A stretch of 64,000 nt of DNA from an uncultured Methylomirabilota bacterium (GCA_963845565.1 CAWJSJ010000001.1:704001-768000), one strand, 5' to 3'; shown: positions 49,198-59,878, counted from the first letter of the stretch. The notes: generated by a model not told the origin, from the sequence alone. Program-made: numbers and translations.

Positions 49198-51363
49198 ATG
49201 CGGATCGAAGGCGTCCTGGACGGCATTCACGAGTATCACCCGCAGGCGGACGTGGAGCCGGTCATGCGGGCCTATGTATTTGCCGCCAAAGCCCACAAGG
49301 GGCAAGAGCGCATCTCGGGCGAACCCTACCTCACGCACCCCCTCGAAGTGGCCGGCATCCTCACCGAGCTCCGCCTGGATACCGGCACCATCGCGGCCGG
49401 CCTGCTCCACGACGCGGTGGAAGACACCCACGCCACGCTGGCCGAAATCAAGGAGTTCTTCGGCCCCGAGGTGGCGGCGGTGGTAGATGGCGTGACCAAG
49501 CTTTCCCGGATTCCTTTCAGCACACGGGAAGAGGCGCAAGCCGAGAACATCCGAAAGATGATCCTGGCGATGTCCAAGGACATCCGAGTGATTCTCGTCA
49601 AGCTGGCGGACCGCTTGCACAACATGCGGACCCTGGACCCGCTGCCGGACGCCAAACGGCGCCTGATCGCCCAGGAGACGCTGGACATCTACGCCCCCCT
49701 GGCACACCGACTGGGGATCTCATGGATCAAGGCCGAACTGGAAGACCTGGCGTTGCGGCACCTCGATCCGCAAGCCTATCACGACCTGGCGGCGCTGATC
49801 GCACGCAAGCGTCAAGAGCGCGAGGGGGACATCAACGAAGCGATCCGCCTCCTCGAAGGCAAGCTTGCGGAAGTGGACGTCAAGGCGCAGATCACCGGCC
49901 GCCCGAAGCACTTCTACAGCATTTACAAGAAGATGCACGATCAAAAGAAGGAGTTCGACGAGATCTACGATCTGACCGCGGTCCGGGTCATCACCAGCTC
50001 CCTCAAGGACTGCTACGGAACCCTGGGCGTCATCCATACCCTCTGGAAACCCATCTCGCACCGCTTCAAGGATTTCATCGCGGTCCCCAAGAGCAATGGC
50101 TATCAGTCGCTCCACACCACCGTCATCGGTCCGAAGGGGGATCCGGTGGAGATCCAGATCCGGACCCGGGAGATGCACCGGGTGGCGGAGGAGGGGATCG
50201 CGGCGCACTGGAAGTACAAAGAAGGTAAGAGTAGCGTCGATCCCAGCGACCAGAGCTTCGTCTGGCTGCGGCAACTCATGGAGTGGCAGCGTGAACTGAA
50301 GGACTCGAAGGAGTTTCTGGATACCCTGCGCGTCGACCTGTTCCCCGACGAGGTCTACGTGTTCACGCCCCGGGGAGACGTCCGGCAGTTTCCCAAAGGC
50401 GCCACCCCCATCGATTTTGCCTTTGCCATCCACACCGATGTCGGCCTGCGCTGCGTGGGGGCCAAGATCAGTGGGCGGCTGGTGCCGCTCCGGACAGAAC
50501 TGCAGAACGGTGACATCGTCGAGATCGTCACCTCCCCCAACCATGTGCCCAGCAAGGACTGGCTGAAGATCGTCAAGACGCCGCGGGCCCGCAGCAAGGT
50601 CCGGCAGTGGATCAAGAACGAGGAGCGGACGCGAAGCATCAGTCTTGGCCGCGACCTGCTGGATAAAGAGATCCGGCGGCTAGGGAAGAGTCCGAACCAG
50701 CTTCTCCGGCCGGAGGCCTTGGCGCTGGCGCTGGAGCGGTACGGCTTTGCGACGGACGAAGAGCTCTTTGCGGCCTTGGGTTATGGCAAGGTGTCTCCCC
50801 GACAGGCGGTCAGTCGCCTCCTTCCGCCGGAGGAATTCCAGGCGCTGACCGAGGCGGAGGAGACTCGGGAGAAAAAGGGCGAGCGGAAGCCCATCCGCCC
50901 GCGGCCGGCCGAGGAGGGGGTGCGCATTCGGGGGGTCGACGACATTCTAGTGCGGTTCTCCAAATGCTGCAGCCCGGTACCCGGGGATGAGATCATCGGT
51001 TTCATCACCCGCGGTCGGGGTGTATCGGTCCACACCGCGGATTGCCCCAACGCCGTGAGCTTGATGGCGGATCCCGAACGACAGATCGCCGTGAGCTGGG
51101 ACGGGAAGCAGAAGGATCCCCATCAAGTCAAGATCCGGGTCGAGATCGGCAAGGACCGACAGGGCATCCTGGCGGAGATCACAACGGCCATCTCCAGCAC
51201 CAACGCGAATATCACCCAGGCCGACATCCGCGTGACGGAAGCAGGCATGGGCGTGAACAACTTCGTCCTGGAAGTCAGCGACCTCCGGCAGCTTCAGGCC
51301 ACGATGCAGGCTATCCGGAAGGTGGATGGGGTAGTGGGGGTCGAGCGGATGAGGTCCTTCTAG
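49198..51363 (+). CDS. relA: Bifunctional (p)ppGpp synthetase/hydrolase
   Basis: HDAVED hydrolase motif, KLADRLHNMRT, RFKD, YQSLHT, EIQIRT, TGS domain, KCC..PGD, ACT domain. Confidence 0.96.
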   Translation: MRIEGVLDGIHEYHPQADVEPVMRAYVFAAKAHKGQERISGEPYLTHPLEVAGILTELRLDTGTIAAGLLHDAVEDTHATLAEIKEFFGPEVAAVVDGVTKLSRIPFSTREEAQAENIRKMILAMSKDIRVILVKLADRLHNMRTLDPLPDAKRRLIAQETLDIYAPLAHRLGISWIKAELEDLALRHLDPQAYHDLAALIARKRQEREGDINEAIRLLEGKLAEVDVKAQITGRPKHFYSIYKKMHDQKKEFDEIYDLTAVRVITSSLKDCYGTLGVIHTLWKPISHRFKDFIAVPKSNGYQSLHTTVIGPKGDPVEIQIRTREMHRVAEEGIAAHWKYKEGKSSVDPSDQSFVWLRQLMEWQRELKDSKEFLDTLRVDLFPDEVYVFTPRGDVRQFPKGATPIDFAFAIHTDVGLRCVGAKISGRLVPLRTELQNGDIVEIVTSPNHVPSKDWLKIVKTPRARSKVRQWIKNEERTRSISLGRDLLDKEIRRLGKSPNQLLRPEALALALERYGFATDEELFAALGYGKVSPRQAVSRLLPPEEFQALTEAEETREKKGERKPIRPRPAEEGVRIRGVDDILVRFSKCCSPVPGDEIIGFITRGRGVSVHTADCPNAVSLMADPERQIAVSWDGKQKDPHQVKIRVEIGKDRQGILAEITTAISSTNANITQADIRVTEAGMGVNNFVLEVSDLRQLQATMQAIRKVDGVVGVERMRSF

Positions 51364-51374
51364 GGCGGGGATTT

Positions 51375-51448
51375 GGCAATCAGGCGATTCGGCAGTCAGG
51401 GTCGCTTCGGAGTTCCCAAGTACCTAATCGCCCGGTTGCCGAATTGCC
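51375..51448. repeat. Inverted pair of degenerate 8-mer tandem repeats
   Basis: GGCAATCA GGCGATTC GGCAGTCA ... TAATCGCC CGGTTGCC GAATTGCC between convergent relA and rpmB. Confidence 0.6.
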
Positions 51449-51460
51449 GTTCGCGATGAT

Positions 51461-51655
51461 CTAGGCGGTCTTCTGGACCTTGCCGGAGCGGATGCACCGC
51501 GTGCACACATGGATGACCCGGGGCGCCCCGTTCACCATGGCCCGGACGCGCTGGACGTTGGGGTAGCGCCGCTTGGCGGAGACGTTGTGGGCGTGGCTGA
51601 TTTGGGAACCGGACTGCGGGCCCTTCCCGCAGATCTCGCATCGCGTGGCCGGCAT
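51461..51655 (-). CDS. rpmB: 50S ribosomal protein L28 (Zn-ribbon form)
   Basis: CEICGKGP..SHAHN..RRYPNVQRV..VCTRCIRSGKV; RBS AAGGGAG. Confidence 0.95.
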   Translation of the reverse strand: MPATRCEICGKGPQSGSQISHAHNVSAKRRYPNVQRVRAMVNGAPRVIHVCTRCIRSGKVQKTA

Positions 51656-51710
51656 GAACCTTTCTCCCTTCAGACGGATGTGCGTCAAAACTCTGGCGCG
51701 GATACCTTGA

Positions 51711-53843
51711 ATGACGGCGCCAGACTATACTGAATCGTCCCGCCGAAGGCAAGCCTTTTCTCCGATTCCGACCCTGTCCGACCTGGGTCCCGACACCGCC
51801 ATCCGCCGCGTGAAGGGGATCGGCCCGGCGCGCGCCGAACGGTTGGAGCGGCTCGGCGTCCGCGCGATCGGCGACGCGTTGCTGCTCGTGCCGCGACGGT
51901 ACGAAGACCGGCGCACATTCGCACCCATCGGCCGACTCCGTCCGGGAGACGTGGCCAGCGTGCTGGGTGAGGTCAAGTCGGTGGGGATGGGCCGCACGCG
52001 GAGGGGGATCCCGTTCTGCGAGATCCTGGTGGAGGATCGCACGGGCAGCCTGCCGGTTCGCTGGTATCGGCAACCCTACCTGGCGCACGCCTTCCGCCGC
52101 GGGCTCCGGATCATCCTGACGGGCCGGCTCACCCCCTACCCGCCGCGCTACATGGTGAATCCGGAACACGAGGTGGAGGAGGCCGAGGAGATCCAGTATC
52201 ACAGCGGGCGCATCGTGCCCGTCTATCCCTTGACTGCCGGCCTGGCGCAACGATTTCTGCGCCGATTACTCTTCGACCTCGCCCGCACTGTCGGACCGCG
52301 CCTGCCCGATCCCGTGCCTACCGAGGTGCGCGACCGACACGGACTGTTGCCGCTGCCGGATGCGGTGGGCGCGCTGCACGCGCCGGAGACGCTGGAGGGG
52401 GCGGCGGCCGCGCGCCGCCGTCTCGCCTTCGATGAGTTCCTCCTTTTCAGTTTGGCCGTGCTCCGGCAGCGAGCAGGTCGAGGCGTCCAACCCGGGATCA
52501 CCTTTGCCACACCGGGCCCTTTGGCCGAGCGGGCGCGGGCGGCCCTTCCGTTCGCTCTGACCGGCGGCCAGAACCGAACGCTGGAGGCCGTCTGGCAGGA
52601 CATGGCCGCCCCGAAGCCCATGCAGCGCTTGCTGCAGGGCGACGTGGGGTCCGGAAAGACGATCGTCGCCTTCTTGGCGGCCCTCACCGCGGTCGATAAC
52701 GGGTATCAAGCGGCCGTGATGGCGCCGACGGAGATCCTGGCGGCGCAGCACGCCGACAGGCTGCGGAGCTTGGCGGAGCCCTTGGGCGTGCCCGTCGTCC
52801 ACCTGGGCGGCGGGATGCAGGCCGGGCTCCGGCGCGACGCGTTGGCGCACCTGGGCGGGGAGGAGCCCTGTCTCGTCGTGGGCACCCACGCACTGCTGCA
52901 AACCGACGTGGTCTTCGGACGGCTCGGCTTCGCCGTGGTGGACGAGCAGCATCGCTTCGGCGTCCTGCAGCGAGCGGCGCTGCAGGGCAAAGCCGCTCAT
53001 CCCGACGTCCTGGTGATGAGCGCGACGCCCATCCCGCGGAGTCTGGCGCTGGTCCTCTACGGGGACCTGGACCTCAGCATCATCGACGAATTGCCGCCGG
53101 GCCGGCAGCCGATCACCACCGTCTGGGTTGCGGAGGGGGAGCGCGCACGGGTCGCCGCGGAAATGCTGGCCTGCCTCGTCCGCGGGGAACGCGCCTACGT
53201 GGTGTGCCCGGTGGTCGAGGAGTCCGCGGCCGAGCTCAAGGCCGCGGTCCAGACGGCAGAGATCTATCGGCGAGGCGCGTTGGGCCGGTTCGGCGTCGGC
53301 CTGGTCCACGGCCGCATGTCGTCGGGGGACAAACTGGCGACGCTGCGCGCGTTTCGGGACGGACAGATCCGCCTGCTCGTCGCCACCACGGTGGTGGAAG
53401 TCGGGGTGGATGTTCCCGAAGCGACCGTCATGGTGATCGAGCACGCGGATCGTCTCGGGTTGGCCCAGCTGCACCAGCTCCGCGGTCGAGTCGGTCGGGC
53501 CGATCGGCCGGCGTCCTGTTTTGTGGTTGCGGATCGGGAGGAGCTGGGGGCGGAGGCGCAGGCGCGCCTCGAGGCGTTCGTGCGCGAGCGGGACGGCTTC
53601 GCGCTGGCGGAGGCGGATCTCCGCCTGCGCGGTCCCGGGGACTTCTTCGGAACCCGGCAAGCCGGTCTGGACGGGTTTCAGGTGGGAGATCTCGCCGCAG
53701 ACCTGCGCCTGCTCGAGGCCGCCCGGCACGAAGCGGAAATCGCACTTCGAGACCACCCCGATCTCGACGGCCCCTGGCTGCCCGCGCGGGCGGCCATGGA
53801 GACTCGGTGGGCGGCGCGGCTCGGACTGGCGCGGGTCGGGTAG
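51711..53843 (+). CDS. recG: ATP-dependent DNA helicase RecG
   Basis: PRRYED, LQGDVGSGKT, DEQHRFG, SATPIPR, QLRGRVGR, RGPGDFFGTRQ; start uncertain. Confidence 0.96.
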   Translation: MTAPDYTESSRRRQAFSPIPTLSDLGPDTAIRRVKGIGPARAERLERLGVRAIGDALLLVPRRYEDRRTFAPIGRLRPGDVASVLGEVKSVGMGRTRRGIPFCEILVEDRTGSLPVRWYRQPYLAHAFRRGLRIILTGRLTPYPPRYMVNPEHEVEEAEEIQYHSGRIVPVYPLTAGLAQRFLRRLLFDLARTVGPRLPDPVPTEVRDRHGLLPLPDAVGALHAPETLEGAAAARRRLAFDEFLLFSLAVLRQRAGRGVQPGITFATPGPLAERARAALPFALTGGQNRTLEAVWQDMAAPKPMQRLLQGDVGSGKTIVAFLAALTAVDNGYQAAVMAPTEILAAQHADRLRSLAEPLGVPVVHLGGGMQAGLRRDALAHLGGEEPCLVVGTHALLQTDVVFGRLGFAVVDEQHRFGVLQRAALQGKAAHPDVLVMSATPIPRSLALVLYGDLDLSIIDELPPGRQPITTVWVAEGERARVAAEMLACLVRGERAYVVCPVVEESAAELKAAVQTAEIYRRGALGRFGVGLVHGRMSSGDKLATLRAFRDGQIRLLVATTVVEVGVDVPEATVMVIEHADRLGLAQLHQLRGRVGRADRPASCFVVADREELGAEAQARLEAFVRERDGFALAEADLRLRGPGDFFGTRQAGLDGFQVGDLAADLRLLEAARHEAEIALRDHPDLDGPWLPARAAMETRWAARLGLARVG
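51724..51752 (-). promoter_or_regulatory. Putative sigma70 promoter for rpmB
   Basis: Minus strand TTGCCT, 17 nt, TATAGT. Confidence 0.6.
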
Positions 53844-53954
53844 GGTGTCGATCAGGCGATGTGTCGACGAGTCAACGGGTTCAGGCAGGATCCGGGCAGT
53901 GCTCCAATCGACTTGTGGGCCAATCGACTGCGTTGACATCCTGATGAGGTGAGG

Positions 53955-54518
53955 ATGCGCATCAGCGCTGGAGCGTATCGTGGTCGACGGCTCCAGAGCC
54001 CCAAAGGGGTTCGGACACGCCCGACCTCCGATCTCTTGCGGCAAGCCATCTTCAACGTGGTGGGGAGCCACCTCCAAGGCGCCCACGTCTTGGACCTGTT
54101 CGCCGGTACCGGGGCGCTGGGGTTGGAGGCGCTCAGCCGTGGTGCGGCCACCGCGGCGTTCGTCGAGCGGGATCATGCGGCCCTCGCCAGCTTGCGGGCC
54201 AATCTCGAGACGCTGGGCGTATCCGACCAGGCCCGGATCCTCCCGATGGACGCACTGGCCGCCGTGGAACGGTGTGCCCGGAACGGTGAGCGATTCGACT
54301 GTGTCTTCCTGGACCCGCCGTATCTCGGGGGCGACGCGGCCCGGTGCATCGAAGGGCTTGCCCCGGGAATGATTTTGCGGGAGAATGCCATGCTTGTCGT
54401 GCAGGCCTTCCATAAGACCGTGCTCCCCGAACAGGTCGGCACACTGGCCCGGTCATGGGAGCGGCGGTACGGCGAGACCCGGCTGACCGTCTACCGGAAG
54501 GAGAGCCCATGCCCGTGA
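53955..54518 (+). CDS. rsmD: 16S rRNA m2G966 methyltransferase
   Basis: MRISAG, RPT, LDLFAGTGALGLEALSRG, DPPY. Confidence 0.94.
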   Translation: MRISAGAYRGRRLQSPKGVRTRPTSDLLRQAIFNVVGSHLQGAHVLDLFAGTGALGLEALSRGAATAAFVERDHAALASLRANLETLGVSDQARILPMDALAAVERCARNGERFDCVFLDPPYLGGDAARCIEGLAPGMILRENAMLVVQAFHKTVLPEQVGTLARSWERRYGETRLTVYRKESPCP

Positions 54519-54997
54519 CCGCAGTCTACCCCGGAACCTTCGACCCGTTCACCAACGGACACGGCGACCTGCTGCGCCGCGCCGCGCGACTCTTTCCGCG
54601 ATTGATCCTGGCGGTCGCCCGGAACCCGCAGAAGTCTCCCTTGTTTACGCTGGAGGAACGGCTTGCCATCGCCCGCCAGGCGATCGGCGACCTGCCCGAG
54701 GTGGAAATCGACTCCTTCGATATGCTGACGGTGGACTACGTGCAGAGCAAAGGGGCACAGGTGATCGTCCGGGGCGTCCGCGCCGTCTCCGACTTCGAGT
54801 TCGAGTTCGCCATGGCCCTCATGAACCGGAAGATCAACGAGGAGATCGAGACGGTTTTTCTGATGCCGAGTCAGGCCTATACCTACCTCAGCTCACGCCT
54901 GGTCAAGGAGGTGGCCCTCCTGGGAGGAAACGTGGACGACCTTGTTCCACCCCTGGCGGCCACACTGCTGAAGGCGCGGGCCAGCCGACCCCGGTAA
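54509..54997 (+). CDS. coaD: Pantetheine-phosphate adenylyltransferase
   Basis: YPGTFDPFTNGH, RGVRAVSDFEFE, SSRLVKE. Confidence 0.96.
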   Translation: MPVTAVYPGTFDPFTNGHGDLLRRAARLFPRLILAVARNPQKSPLFTLEERLAIARQAIGDLPEVEIDSFDMLTVDYVQSKGAQVIVRGVRAVSDFEFEFAMALMNRKINEEIETVFLMPSQAYTYLSSRLVKEVALLGGNVDDLVPPLAATLLKARASRPR

Positions 54998-55014
54998 TCG
55001 ACAAGGAGGCATGC

Positions 55015-56208
55015 ATGAACATCTCGCAGCGCGCCAAGAATCTGGTCCCGTCCGCCACGCTCGCCATCGGCGCCAAGGCCCGCCAGATGCAGGCCGATGG
55101 AATCGACGTCATTGGCTTCGCCCAGGGTGAGCCAGACTTCGACACGCCGGGCCACATCAAGGAGGCAGCCATCCAGGCCGCCCGGGACGGCTTCACCAAG
55201 TACACCGCCACGGGCGGCATCAACGAACTGAAGGACGCGGTGGCGGTTAAACTCAAGCGGGACAACGGCTTGACCTATGCCCGAAATCAGGTCCTCGTCT
55301 CCTGTGGCGGTAAGCATTCTCTCTATAATGTGTTCCAGGCCCTGCTGGACCCAGGCGACGAGGTCATCATCCCTGCCCCCTACTGGGTGAGCTTCCCGGA
55401 GCAAGTCAAGCTGTGCGGTGCCACCCCGGTGATCGTGCAGACCAAGGAATCGCAGGGCTTCCGCCTCAATCGCGAGATCTTGGAGCCCGCGGTGACGCCC
55501 CGGACCAAGATCATCGTCCTGAACTCGCCGTCCAACCCGACGGGGGCGGCGCTCAGCCGGACGGAACTGGAGGGCGTCGCCGCACTGGCAGTGCAGCGGG
55601 GCGTGTGCATCGTGTCCGACGAGACCTACGAGGCGCTGGTCTATGACGGGTTCCAACACGTCAGCATCGCGTCGTTGAACGCCGCCGCCTACGCCCACAC
55701 CATCGTTGTGAATTCCCTGTCCAAGGCGTACGCCATGACCGGCTGGCGACTCGGCTACGCGGCTGGACCCGCGGAGATCATCAAGGCCATGGACGGCCTG
55801 CAGGGCCAGATGACCTCCAACCCGACCTCGTTCGCGCAGCGCGGCGGGGTGGCGGCGCTGATCGGACCGCAGGAGCCGACCCACCAGATGCGCGAGGAGT
55901 TTGCCAAGCGGCGCCGACACATCGCGGACCGGCTCAACGCCATGCCCGGGATCCGCTGCCATAGCCCGGAAGGGGCCTTCTATGTCTTCCCGAATGTCGC
56001 CCGACTCTATGAAAAGCGGTATCAGGAGAAACCCATCACCAACTCCACCGAGTTCTCGGCGTTCCTGCTGGATGCCGCCCGGATCGCCGTGGTGCCGGGC
56101 GTGGAGTTCGGCAACGACAATCACATCCGGATCTCCTATGCGACCTCGATGGTGAACATCGAGAAGGGCATGGATCGGATGGCCGAGGCCATCGCGGCTC
56201 TCGGCTAG
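55015..56208 (+). CDS. Class I PLP-dependent (aspartate) aminotransferase
   Basis: GEPDF, PYWVS, NSPSNPTG, SDETY, SKAYAMTGWRLG. Confidence 0.93.
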   Translation: MNISQRAKNLVPSATLAIGAKARQMQADGIDVIGFAQGEPDFDTPGHIKEAAIQAARDGFTKYTATGGINELKDAVAVKLKRDNGLTYARNQVLVSCGGKHSLYNVFQALLDPGDEVIIPAPYWVSFPEQVKLCGATPVIVQTKESQGFRLNREILEPAVTPRTKIIVLNSPSNPTGAALSRTELEGVAALAVQRGVCIVSDETYEALVYDGFQHVSIASLNAAAYAHTIVVNSLSKAYAMTGWRLGYAAGPAEIIKAMDGLQGQMTSNPTSFAQRGGVAALIGPQEPTHQMREEFAKRRRHIADRLNAMPGIRCHSPEGAFYVFPNVARLYEKRYQEKPITNSTEFSAFLLDAARIAVVPGVEFGNDNHIRISYATSMVNIEKGMDRMAEAIAALG

Positions 56209-56308
56209 CGGGGTCCCCGCCGGGATGAGGGACCCGGACGAATCGCGCCGGCCGCGGGGGCCGGTGGTGTCGTGACGTCAAACCGCGTGTGCAGAAGGAG
56301 GGAGACCC

Positions 56309-57928
56309 ATGAAAGGCATTACCGGGGTGGTCGGTGTCCTCGTCTTTGCCGCCGTGCTCTTGGCGGCGGGACCGGCCATCGCCCAGACGACGTTCGTCTT
56401 CGGCAACCAGGGCGAGCCGGTGTCGCTCGATCCGGCGGTCATCACGGACGGGATCTCAAATCGGATCACGCGTCAGCTCTACGAGGGGTTAGTGAAGTAC
56501 AAGGGCGCGACCACAGAGGTCATCCCGGCGCTGGCGGAGAAGTGGGAGGTCAGCAAGGATGGAACGGTGTGGACGTTTACGCTGCACAAAGGGGTGAAGT
56601 TCCATGACGGTAACCCCTGCGACGCCGCCGCGATCGTCTGGAACTTCGACCGGTGGCGCCTGAGCAAGCATCCGCAACACGAGAACCAGATCAAGGCCGG
56701 CCAGACGTTTGAGTACTACGAGGCCCAGTTCGGCGGCTTTGACGAGAAGAGCCTCATCACCAAGGTCGAGGCCGTCAACCCACAGACCGTCCGGATCACC
56801 CTGAGGAACCCGCAAGGGCCGTTCCTCGCCAACCTGGCGATGTTCGTCTTCGACATTGTCAGCCCGAAAGCCGTCGAAAAGCACGGGTTGAATTTCGGGA
56901 AGAACCCTGTGGGCACTGGTCCCTTCAAGTTTGTCGAGTGGAAGGTGGGGCAGGAGGTCATCCTGGAGGCGAACAAGGATTACTGGGACAAGGCCCACGC
57001 GCCCAAGGTCCAGCGGGTGGTCATCCGAAACATCAAGGACAACTCGCAACGGTTGGCGGCCTTGAAGGCGGGTGAGATCCACGGGTTCGAAGGACTCAAC
57101 CCGGACGACGTGAAGGTGGTTCGGGCGGACCCGAATCTCCAGATCATCCTGCGGCCGACCAATACCACGGGGTATGTGGCCTTCAATTACAAGGTGAAGG
57201 AGTTGCGGGATGGGCGCGTGCGTCAGGCCATCGCCCATGCGATCAACAAGAAGGCGATCGTGGACGCTCTCTACGGCGGGACCGGCATGGTGGCGAATCA
57301 ATTCCAGCCACCGCCGCTCTGGGGGCACAACAAGGAACTGAAAGACTACGAGTATAACCCCGAGCGAGCCAAGCAGCTTCTGAAGGACGCCGGCTTCGGA
57401 CAGGGTCTGAAAGAGATCACGTGGGACGACGGAAAAAAGGAGCCCCTCCAGTTCTGGTACATGCCGGTCTCCCGGCCGTACTACCCGAACCCAAAGGAGA
57501 TCGCGGAAGCCATCGCCGCCGACCTGGCGAAGGTGGGAATTACCGTTCAGCTCCAGACCACCGACTGGGCGGTCTATCTGGATAAGCGGAAGAACGGTCA
57601 GCTGCCGCTCTACATGCTGGGATGGACGGGCGATAACGGCGATCCGGACAACTTCGTCTGCTACTTCTTCTGTTCGCCGGGTGCGTCGCGGGAAGGTTTT
57701 TACGCCAACCAGCAGCTCACTGATGTGTTGATGGAGGCCCAGAAGCTGACCGATCAGCCGAAGCGCGCCGCGCTTTACCGGAAAGCGGAACAGATGATCC
57801 ACGACGATGTGGCCCGCATTTTCATCGCCAACAATCAACCGCCGCTCCCGTTCGCAAAGAAGGTGAAAGGATACGTGGCGAACCCGACCAACAGCGAGTT
57901 CTTCAACACGGTGTCTATCGAGAAGTAG
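56309..57928 (+). CDS. Peptide ABC transporter substrate-binding protein (DppA-like)
   Basis: SLDPA, PALAEKW, GVKFHDG, PVGTGPF, RPYYPNP, GWTGDNGDPDNF. Confidence 0.92.
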   Translation: MKGITGVVGVLVFAAVLLAAGPAIAQTTFVFGNQGEPVSLDPAVITDGISNRITRQLYEGLVKYKGATTEVIPALAEKWEVSKDGTVWTFTLHKGVKFHDGNPCDAAAIVWNFDRWRLSKHPQHENQIKAGQTFEYYEAQFGGFDEKSLITKVEAVNPQTVRITLRNPQGPFLANLAMFVFDIVSPKAVEKHGLNFGKNPVGTGPFKFVEWKVGQEVILEANKDYWDKAHAPKVQRVVIRNIKDNSQRLAALKAGEIHGFEGLNPDDVKVVRADPNLQIILRPTNTTGYVAFNYKVKELRDGRVRQAIAHAINKKAIVDALYGGTGMVANQFQPPPLWGHNKELKDYEYNPERAKQLLKDAGFGQGLKEITWDDGKKEPLQFWYMPVSRPYYPNPKEIAEAIAADLAKVGITVQLQTTDWAVYLDKRKNGQLPLYMLGWTGDNGDPDNFVCYFFCSPGASREGFYANQQLTDVLMEAQKLTDQPKRAALYRKAEQMIHDDVARIFIANNQPPLPFAKKVKGYVANPTNSEFFNTVSIEK

Positions 57929-57961
57929 TCGGGAGCCGAGACCCGACGGGGACCGGACGAT

Positions 57962-58966
57962 ATGGGTCAGTATGTAATCAAACGGTTTTTGACAATCGTT
58001 CCTGTCCTCGTCGGGATCTCCATCATCGTCTTCGGGTTCATCCACCTCATTCCAGGCGACCCCGCCGTGACCATGCTCGGCGAGCGCGCGACGCCAGAGC
58101 GTGTCAAAGAAGTCCGCACGCAGCTCGGTTTGGATGAGCCGCTTTACACACAATACTTCATCTATGTTGGAAAGATTATTCGCGGAGATCTTGGGACCTC
58201 GATCCTGCGCGGCGATCCGGTGCTGCTGGACCTGGTACGGAGGTTTCCGGCGACGGTCGAGTTGGCCTTCAGCGCGATCTTGATCGCTATCCTGGTCGGC
58301 ATTCCCGCGGGCATCGTGTCGGCGGTCTGGCGCAATTCAGTGTTCGACGGATGCTCCCGGATCATGGCCCTGACCGGCGTGTCCATGCCGATCTTCTGGC
58401 TGGGCCTGATGTTGGCCTGGGTCTTCGGCGTCATCCTGGGATGGTTTCCTACCGGTTTTCGGCTGGGGACGAGCATCACGCTCGTCCCGGTGACGCATTT
58501 CAATCTCCTGGACAGTGTGATCACTCGAAACGGCGAGGCCCTGGTCGCCAGCGTGCGCCACCTCGTCCTGCCGGCCGTGGCCCTGTCAACGATCCCGATG
58601 GCCGTCATCACCAGAATGACCCGGGCAAGCTTGTTGGAGGTCCTCTCCCAGGACTATATCCGCACCGCCGAGTCCAAGGGCCTTCCACAGCGCGCCGTCG
58701 TGTTGCGCCACGCCATGCGGAATGCGCTGCTCCCCGTCATGACGGTGACGGGCCTGCAGGTGGGGCGCCTGCTCGCCGGCGCCATTCTCACCGAGACGAT
58801 CTTCTCGTGGCCCGGGATCGGCCTGTGGATTTACGAAGGCATCCAGGCGCGCGATTACCCGATCGTCCAGGGCGCGACGCTGTTCATCGCCACGATCTTC
58901 GTGATGGTGAACCTCGTCACCGACTGCTTATACGCCACCGTGGACCCCCGGATCAAATATGACTGA
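57962..58966 (+). CDS. Peptide ABC permease (DppB-like)
   Basis: PGDPA, FPATVEL, DYIRTAESKGL, ETIFSWPG, DPRI. Confidence 0.93.
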   Translation: MGQYVIKRFLTIVPVLVGISIIVFGFIHLIPGDPAVTMLGERATPERVKEVRTQLGLDEPLYTQYFIYVGKIIRGDLGTSILRGDPVLLDLVRRFPATVELAFSAILIAILVGIPAGIVSAVWRNSVFDGCSRIMALTGVSMPIFWLGLMLAWVFGVILGWFPTGFRLGTSITLVPVTHFNLLDSVITRNGEALVASVRHLVLPAVALSTIPMAVITRMTRASLLEVLSQDYIRTAESKGLPQRAVVLRHAMRNALLPVMTVTGLQVGRLLAGAILTETIFSWPGIGLWIYEGIQARDYPIVQGATLFIATIFVMVNLVTDCLYATVDPRIKYD

Positions 58967-59846
58967 GACGCCTTCTGCCCTGACCCTCGGCGCCCGCGGG
59001 AAGAGCCCGTTGCAGGCCGCCCTGCATCGCCTTCTGGCCAACCAGGTGGCGCGGGGTGGCTTGCTCATCATCCTGCTGTTCACCCTGATGGCGGCCCTGG
59101 CTCCGGTCTTTTTTCCCTATAACCCCGCCACCGACTCCGACCTGCTGGCGCGTCTGAAGCCGCCCACCTCCAGTCATCCCTTCGGCACGGATGCTCTGGG
59201 GCGCGACATTCTGATGCGCATCCTGCACGGCGCGCGGGTCTCGCTCAGTCTCGGTGTGGGGTCGGTCGTCCTGGCGGGGCTCATCGGGTCGGTCCTCGGG
59301 CTGTTGGCCGGGTATGCCGGCCGCCGGACCGACCTGTGCCTGATGTTCTGCATGGATATCCTGCTGGCCTTTCCGGCCACCCTGTTGGCGATCGCCATCG
59401 TGGCGATGATCGGGCCGGGTCTCCGGAACGCCTTGATCGCCATCAGCGTCGTCTCGATCCCGTTCTACGCGCGGATCACCCGGGGGGAGGTTCTCACGCT
59501 GAAGGAGCGGGAGTTCGTCACCGCGGCGCGGGCGTTGGGGGGCGGGTCGGTGCGCGTCATCCTGTGCCACATCTTTCCCAACACGCTGCCGCCGCTGGCG
59601 GTGCAAACCACGCTCGCCATCGCCTTTGCCATCCTGGAAGCAGCCGCGCTGGGCTTCCTCGGGCTCGGCGCCCAACCGCCGGTCCCGGAATGGGGGGCGA
59701 TGCTCGCGGACAGTTACAAATTCTTCACCAGCGGGGCATGGTGGGCGTTCTTCTACCCGGGGGTGACGATCATGCTCTCGGTCCTCGGTTTCAACCTGGT
59801 GGGCGATGCGTTGCGTGACGCCCTCGACCCTCGGATGCGGATTTAG
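58959..59846 (+). CDS. Peptide ABC permease (DppC-like)
   Basis: HPFGTDALGRD, EFVTAARALG, PEWG, GDALRDALDP. Confidence 0.93.
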   Translation: MTETPSALTLGARGKSPLQAALHRLLANQVARGGLLIILLFTLMAALAPVFFPYNPATDSDLLARLKPPTSSHPFGTDALGRDILMRILHGARVSLSLGVGSVVLAGLIGSVLGLLAGYAGRRTDLCLMFCMDILLAFPATLLAIAIVAMIGPGLRNALIAISVVSIPFYARITRGEVLTLKEREFVTAARALGGGSVRVILCHIFPNTLPPLAVQTTLAIAFAILEAAALGFLGLGAQPPVPEWGAMLADSYKFFTSGAWWAFFYPGVTIMLSVLGFNLVGDALRDALDPRMRI

Positions 59847-59878
59847 ACGGGCATCGGTCATGTGACGGGAGGGGTTCC

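Noticed and set aside
6130..54413. Many long minus-strand or alternate-frame ORFs (e.g. 6130-7899, 9025-10800, 43187-45076, 47554-49707, 52266-54413)
   Set aside because: They shadow well-supported + strand genes, are Arg/Pro/Gly-rich and lack motifs; expected in high-GC DNA
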